Shown here: positions 60,916-64,000 of the stretch, piece by piece | How the letters are laid out: the number at the start of each line of letters is the position of its first letter | Numbering within the stretch: the stretch's first letter is position 1 | From: Mobula hypostoma | Taxonomy: Eukaryota | Direction of reading: 5' to 3' | Assembly (NCBI RefSeq): GCF_963921235.1 | Contig: NC_086097.1 | Span: 101,806,001-101,870,000, forward strand | DNA: 64,000 nucleotides | The notes under the pieces: generated by a model | What the model saw: the letters and a program-made list of their open reading frames with translations, nothing else | The model's database searches: none | Told to the model about the DNA's origin: nothing | Position numbers and translations under genes: made by a program

Positions 60916-61645
60916 ACCAGGTTAGAGGGAAAAGAGTTAAAATGGAGCTGAAAGGCAACTTGTTTACACAGAGTGTGTATCTGGAGTGACGCTCTGAAGG
61001 AAGCAGCAGAGGTGGGTACGATAACAACAGACTGCAGATGCTAACATCTGGATCAACAAACAACTTGCTGGAGAACTCAGCAGGTTGAGCAGCATCTATG
61101 GGGTTGAAAGGAATTGTCAGTGTTTCAGTCAAAACCTTGCATCAGGGCATTTAAAAGACTTTGGGACAGGTACATGGATAGCAAAGGTTTAGAGGATATA
61201 GGCGAAATACTGGCGAATGGGACAGGCATCTTGGACAGGACTGGACTATTTCCATCCTGTATAACTCTAAGCAAACAGGGAAAGGTACGCTGAGTATCTT
61301 TTCACTCTCTGTCTTTGCAGAAGCAGGGCATTGTGCAACTTAGCCTTAATTGTGTGAGAAATTCCTCTTTCTGACACAAGGTTGATATTAGACATGAGCG
61401 CCTCAGGTACTGTATAAATCATTGCATTAAATGTTCCAGCGCACAAGACGAAGTGAAACTATTCTCAACCACTGTTGCCAAAACTTTCCTAGCACCTCAT
61501 GCAGAACATGCCCTCTTCTCATTGCTACCATCAGCAAGTGGTACAACAGCTTTAAGACACACACTCAACATTTCAAGGACAGTTTCTTCCCCTCCGTGAT
61601 CCAATTTCTGAATAGACAATGAACCCATGAATATTACCTCACTAA

Positions 61646-62657
61646 ATAGAGAGAATCTGCAGACGATGGAAATCCAAGCAACACACACAAAATGCTGGAG
61701 GAACTCAGCAGGCCAGGCAGCATCTATGGAAAAAACAGTTGACATTTCAGGCCGAGACCCTTCATCAAGACTGGAGAAAAAAAGATGAGAAGTCAGAGTA
61801 AGAAAGTGTGGGGAGGGGACCCTTCATCAAGACTGGAGAAAAAAAGATGAGAAGTCAGAGTAAGAAAGTGTGGGGAGGGGAGGGAGAAACACAAGGTGAT
61901 AGGTGAAACTGGGAGGTTGAAGTAAGGAGCTGGGAAGTTGATTGGTGAAAGAGATACAGGGCTGGAGAAGGGGGAGTCTGATAGGAGAGGACAGAAGACC
62001 GTGGAAGAATGAAAAGGTGGGAGGAGCGTCAGAGGGAGGTGATGGGAAGGGGATAAGGTGAGAGAGGGAAAAGGAGATGGGGAATCGTGAAGGGGAGGTG
62101 GGGCATTACCAGAAGTTCGAGAAATCAATATTCATGCCATCAGGATGGAGGCTTCTCAGACGGAATATAAGATGTCGTTCCTCCAACCTGAGTGTGGCCT
62201 CATCGTGACGGTGGAGGAGACCATGAATTGACATATCGGAATGGGAATGGGAAGTGGAATTAAAATGGGCAGCCACTGGGAGATCCCACTTTTTCTGGTG
62301 GACAGAGACAGTGCTCAGTGAAGCAGTCTCCCAGTCTACGTCGGGTCTCACCGATATACCGGAGGTCACCAGGAGCAATCAGCGCAACAGGCTCACATGT
62401 TAAATGTCACCTCACTTGTTCACACCCACCCGCCACTTTCTGCTTTTCACAGGGATCGTTCCCGACACAACTCCTTTGTCCATTCGTCACTCCCCACTGA
62501 TCTCCCTCCCGGCACTTACCCTTGCGAGTGTAACAAGTGCTACACCTGCCCCGACACCTCCTCCCTCACAATCATTCAGGGCCCTAAACAGTCCTTCCAG
62601 GTGAGGCGACACTTCACCTGTGGGTCTGATGGGGTCATTTACTGTGTCCGGTGCTCA
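61646..62657. mobile_element. Older PLE with inversion: minus arm about 61646-62418, plus arm about 62419-62657
   Basis: ORF 62106..62378(-) is the GIY-YIG C-terminus and ORF 62397..62690(+) is the CxxC/VIYCVRC part. Degenerate hammerhead at 61737-61772(-). 61-bp tandem duplication at about 61757-61880. Confidence 0.85.
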
Positions 62658-63547
62658 CTTTTTCTTTTGTTGGGGTGTATGGGGTGTTGAGAGAGGGGTT
62701 GCACCTCTGGTGAAGGGTCTGTCATGTCTGTTCCAAGGCAGCTCACTCATCTTTGGTCCCCAACAGACACTCATCTCTCACCTGACCTCCAAGTTGTGAC
62801 TGACCAGGTGAGGATAGCCAGAGGTCTCGTGTCCTGGTGAGATAGGGACATGCCTGTCCTAGAAAGTGAAATCAGCTCCAGTGGAGGGGCGGAAGAGATC
62901 TCAATGGACAGGAGGCAGCTCAATGCTCTGTGTCAAACAGGGGGCAGGACAAGGCACAGACGTGGCCATGGTCACCCACTGTAACCAAGGAAGATCCAGT
63001 TATAACCTGGACTTGGATTTCTGAGGTCAAGAGAGTGGAACTACCCTAATGCAATGGCTTTTCCACTTTAAAAATTCTCCCACACAGGTTTCCTGTCATC
63101 ATGGGGCATAATAGACAACCACCATCTATTTCTGACTGAAAGTTATATTTTTTTTTAATATTTATGTATTGCAATGTACTGCTGGCACAAAACAACAAAT
63201 TTCCCAACCAGTGACATTAAACTTGCTTCTGACTCTGCCCTGACAGTTAATGAAATGCTGCATGATCATTCACTGATTGCTGATTGTAAAGGGACCTCAG
63301 GGTCTACCTCTTCACAGAGTGTGGTCAGGATATGGAACCAGCTGCCAGAGGAAGTTGTTATGCCAATCCAATACAACATTTAAAAGACACTTTGATTTGA
63401 CAGGAACATGGATAGGAAGGATTTAGAGGGATAGGGGTCAAACACAGGCAAAAGGACATCCCCCCTTATCGCACCCCCATTGGGCAGGACATATTAAAGC
63501 ACATATACTAAGCCTAAGGGAGCTTCTACCCTGCTATTATAAGGCCG

Positions 63548-63865
63548 TAAGACACAGAAACAGAATTAGGCCATTTGATAAATTGAGTCTGCTCACTGTC
63601 CAATCATGCCTGATTTGTTTTCAACCCCATTCTCTTGCCTGCTCCCGATAACCCTTAACCCTTCACCTATGAAGAATGTATCAACCTCTGCCATAAATAC
63701 ACTAGTGACTTTGTATCTATGCAACATCCCCCACCCCCAACATCACCAGATTCACAACCCTCTGGCTAAAGAAATTCCTCCTCATCTCAGTTTTAAATGG
63801 ACACCACCTCAGAATCTAGACTCTCCTACTAATGGAAACATTCTCTCTATGTGCATTTTATCCTG
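63548..63865 (-). mobile_element. CR1 3' end fragment
   Basis: Reverse complement of the CR1 3' UTR and RRNFFSQRVVNLV region. Confidence 0.75.
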
Positions 63866-64000
63866 ACTTTTCAGTATCCTCATGAAGGGTCTCAACACAA
63901 AATGCTTTATTCCTCTCCATTGATGCTGCCTAACCTCCTGCTGAGTTCCTCCAGCATTTTGTGTGTGTTGCCCTTCCAGTATCCAAAAGGTTTCAATCCG

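Overview
Eukaryotic, repeat-saturated vertebrate DNA. The repeat families (abundant CR1 LINEs, V-SINE/HE1-like SINEs, Penelope-like elements, Rex1/Babar LINEs) suggest a cartilaginous fish; this is inference. No prokaryotic genes, rRNA, tRNA genes or CRISPR arrays are supported. Most long ORFs belong to transposable elements: Penelope-like elements (PLEs, GIY-YIG endonuclease), three near full-length decayed CR1 LINEs (one more is internally deleted) plus many 3' fragments, Rex1/Babar-like LINEs, a Tx1-like and an RTE-like fragment, two hAT DNA transposons with TIRs and 8-bp TSDs, tRNA-derived SINEs and five minisatellites. Many elements are nested inside each other. The most notable signal is a set of minimal type-I hammerhead ribozyme motifs in the PLE 3' terminal repeats (intact at 7815-7850 + and 25470-25505 -). 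Two young PLE insertions are fold-back (inverted-arm) structures flanked by 13-14 bp TSDs. A tiny PLE-terminus insertion carries a re-copied piece of its target site. A few phase-compatible minus-strand candidate host exons exist but are weakly supported. Boundaries of old elements are approximate.
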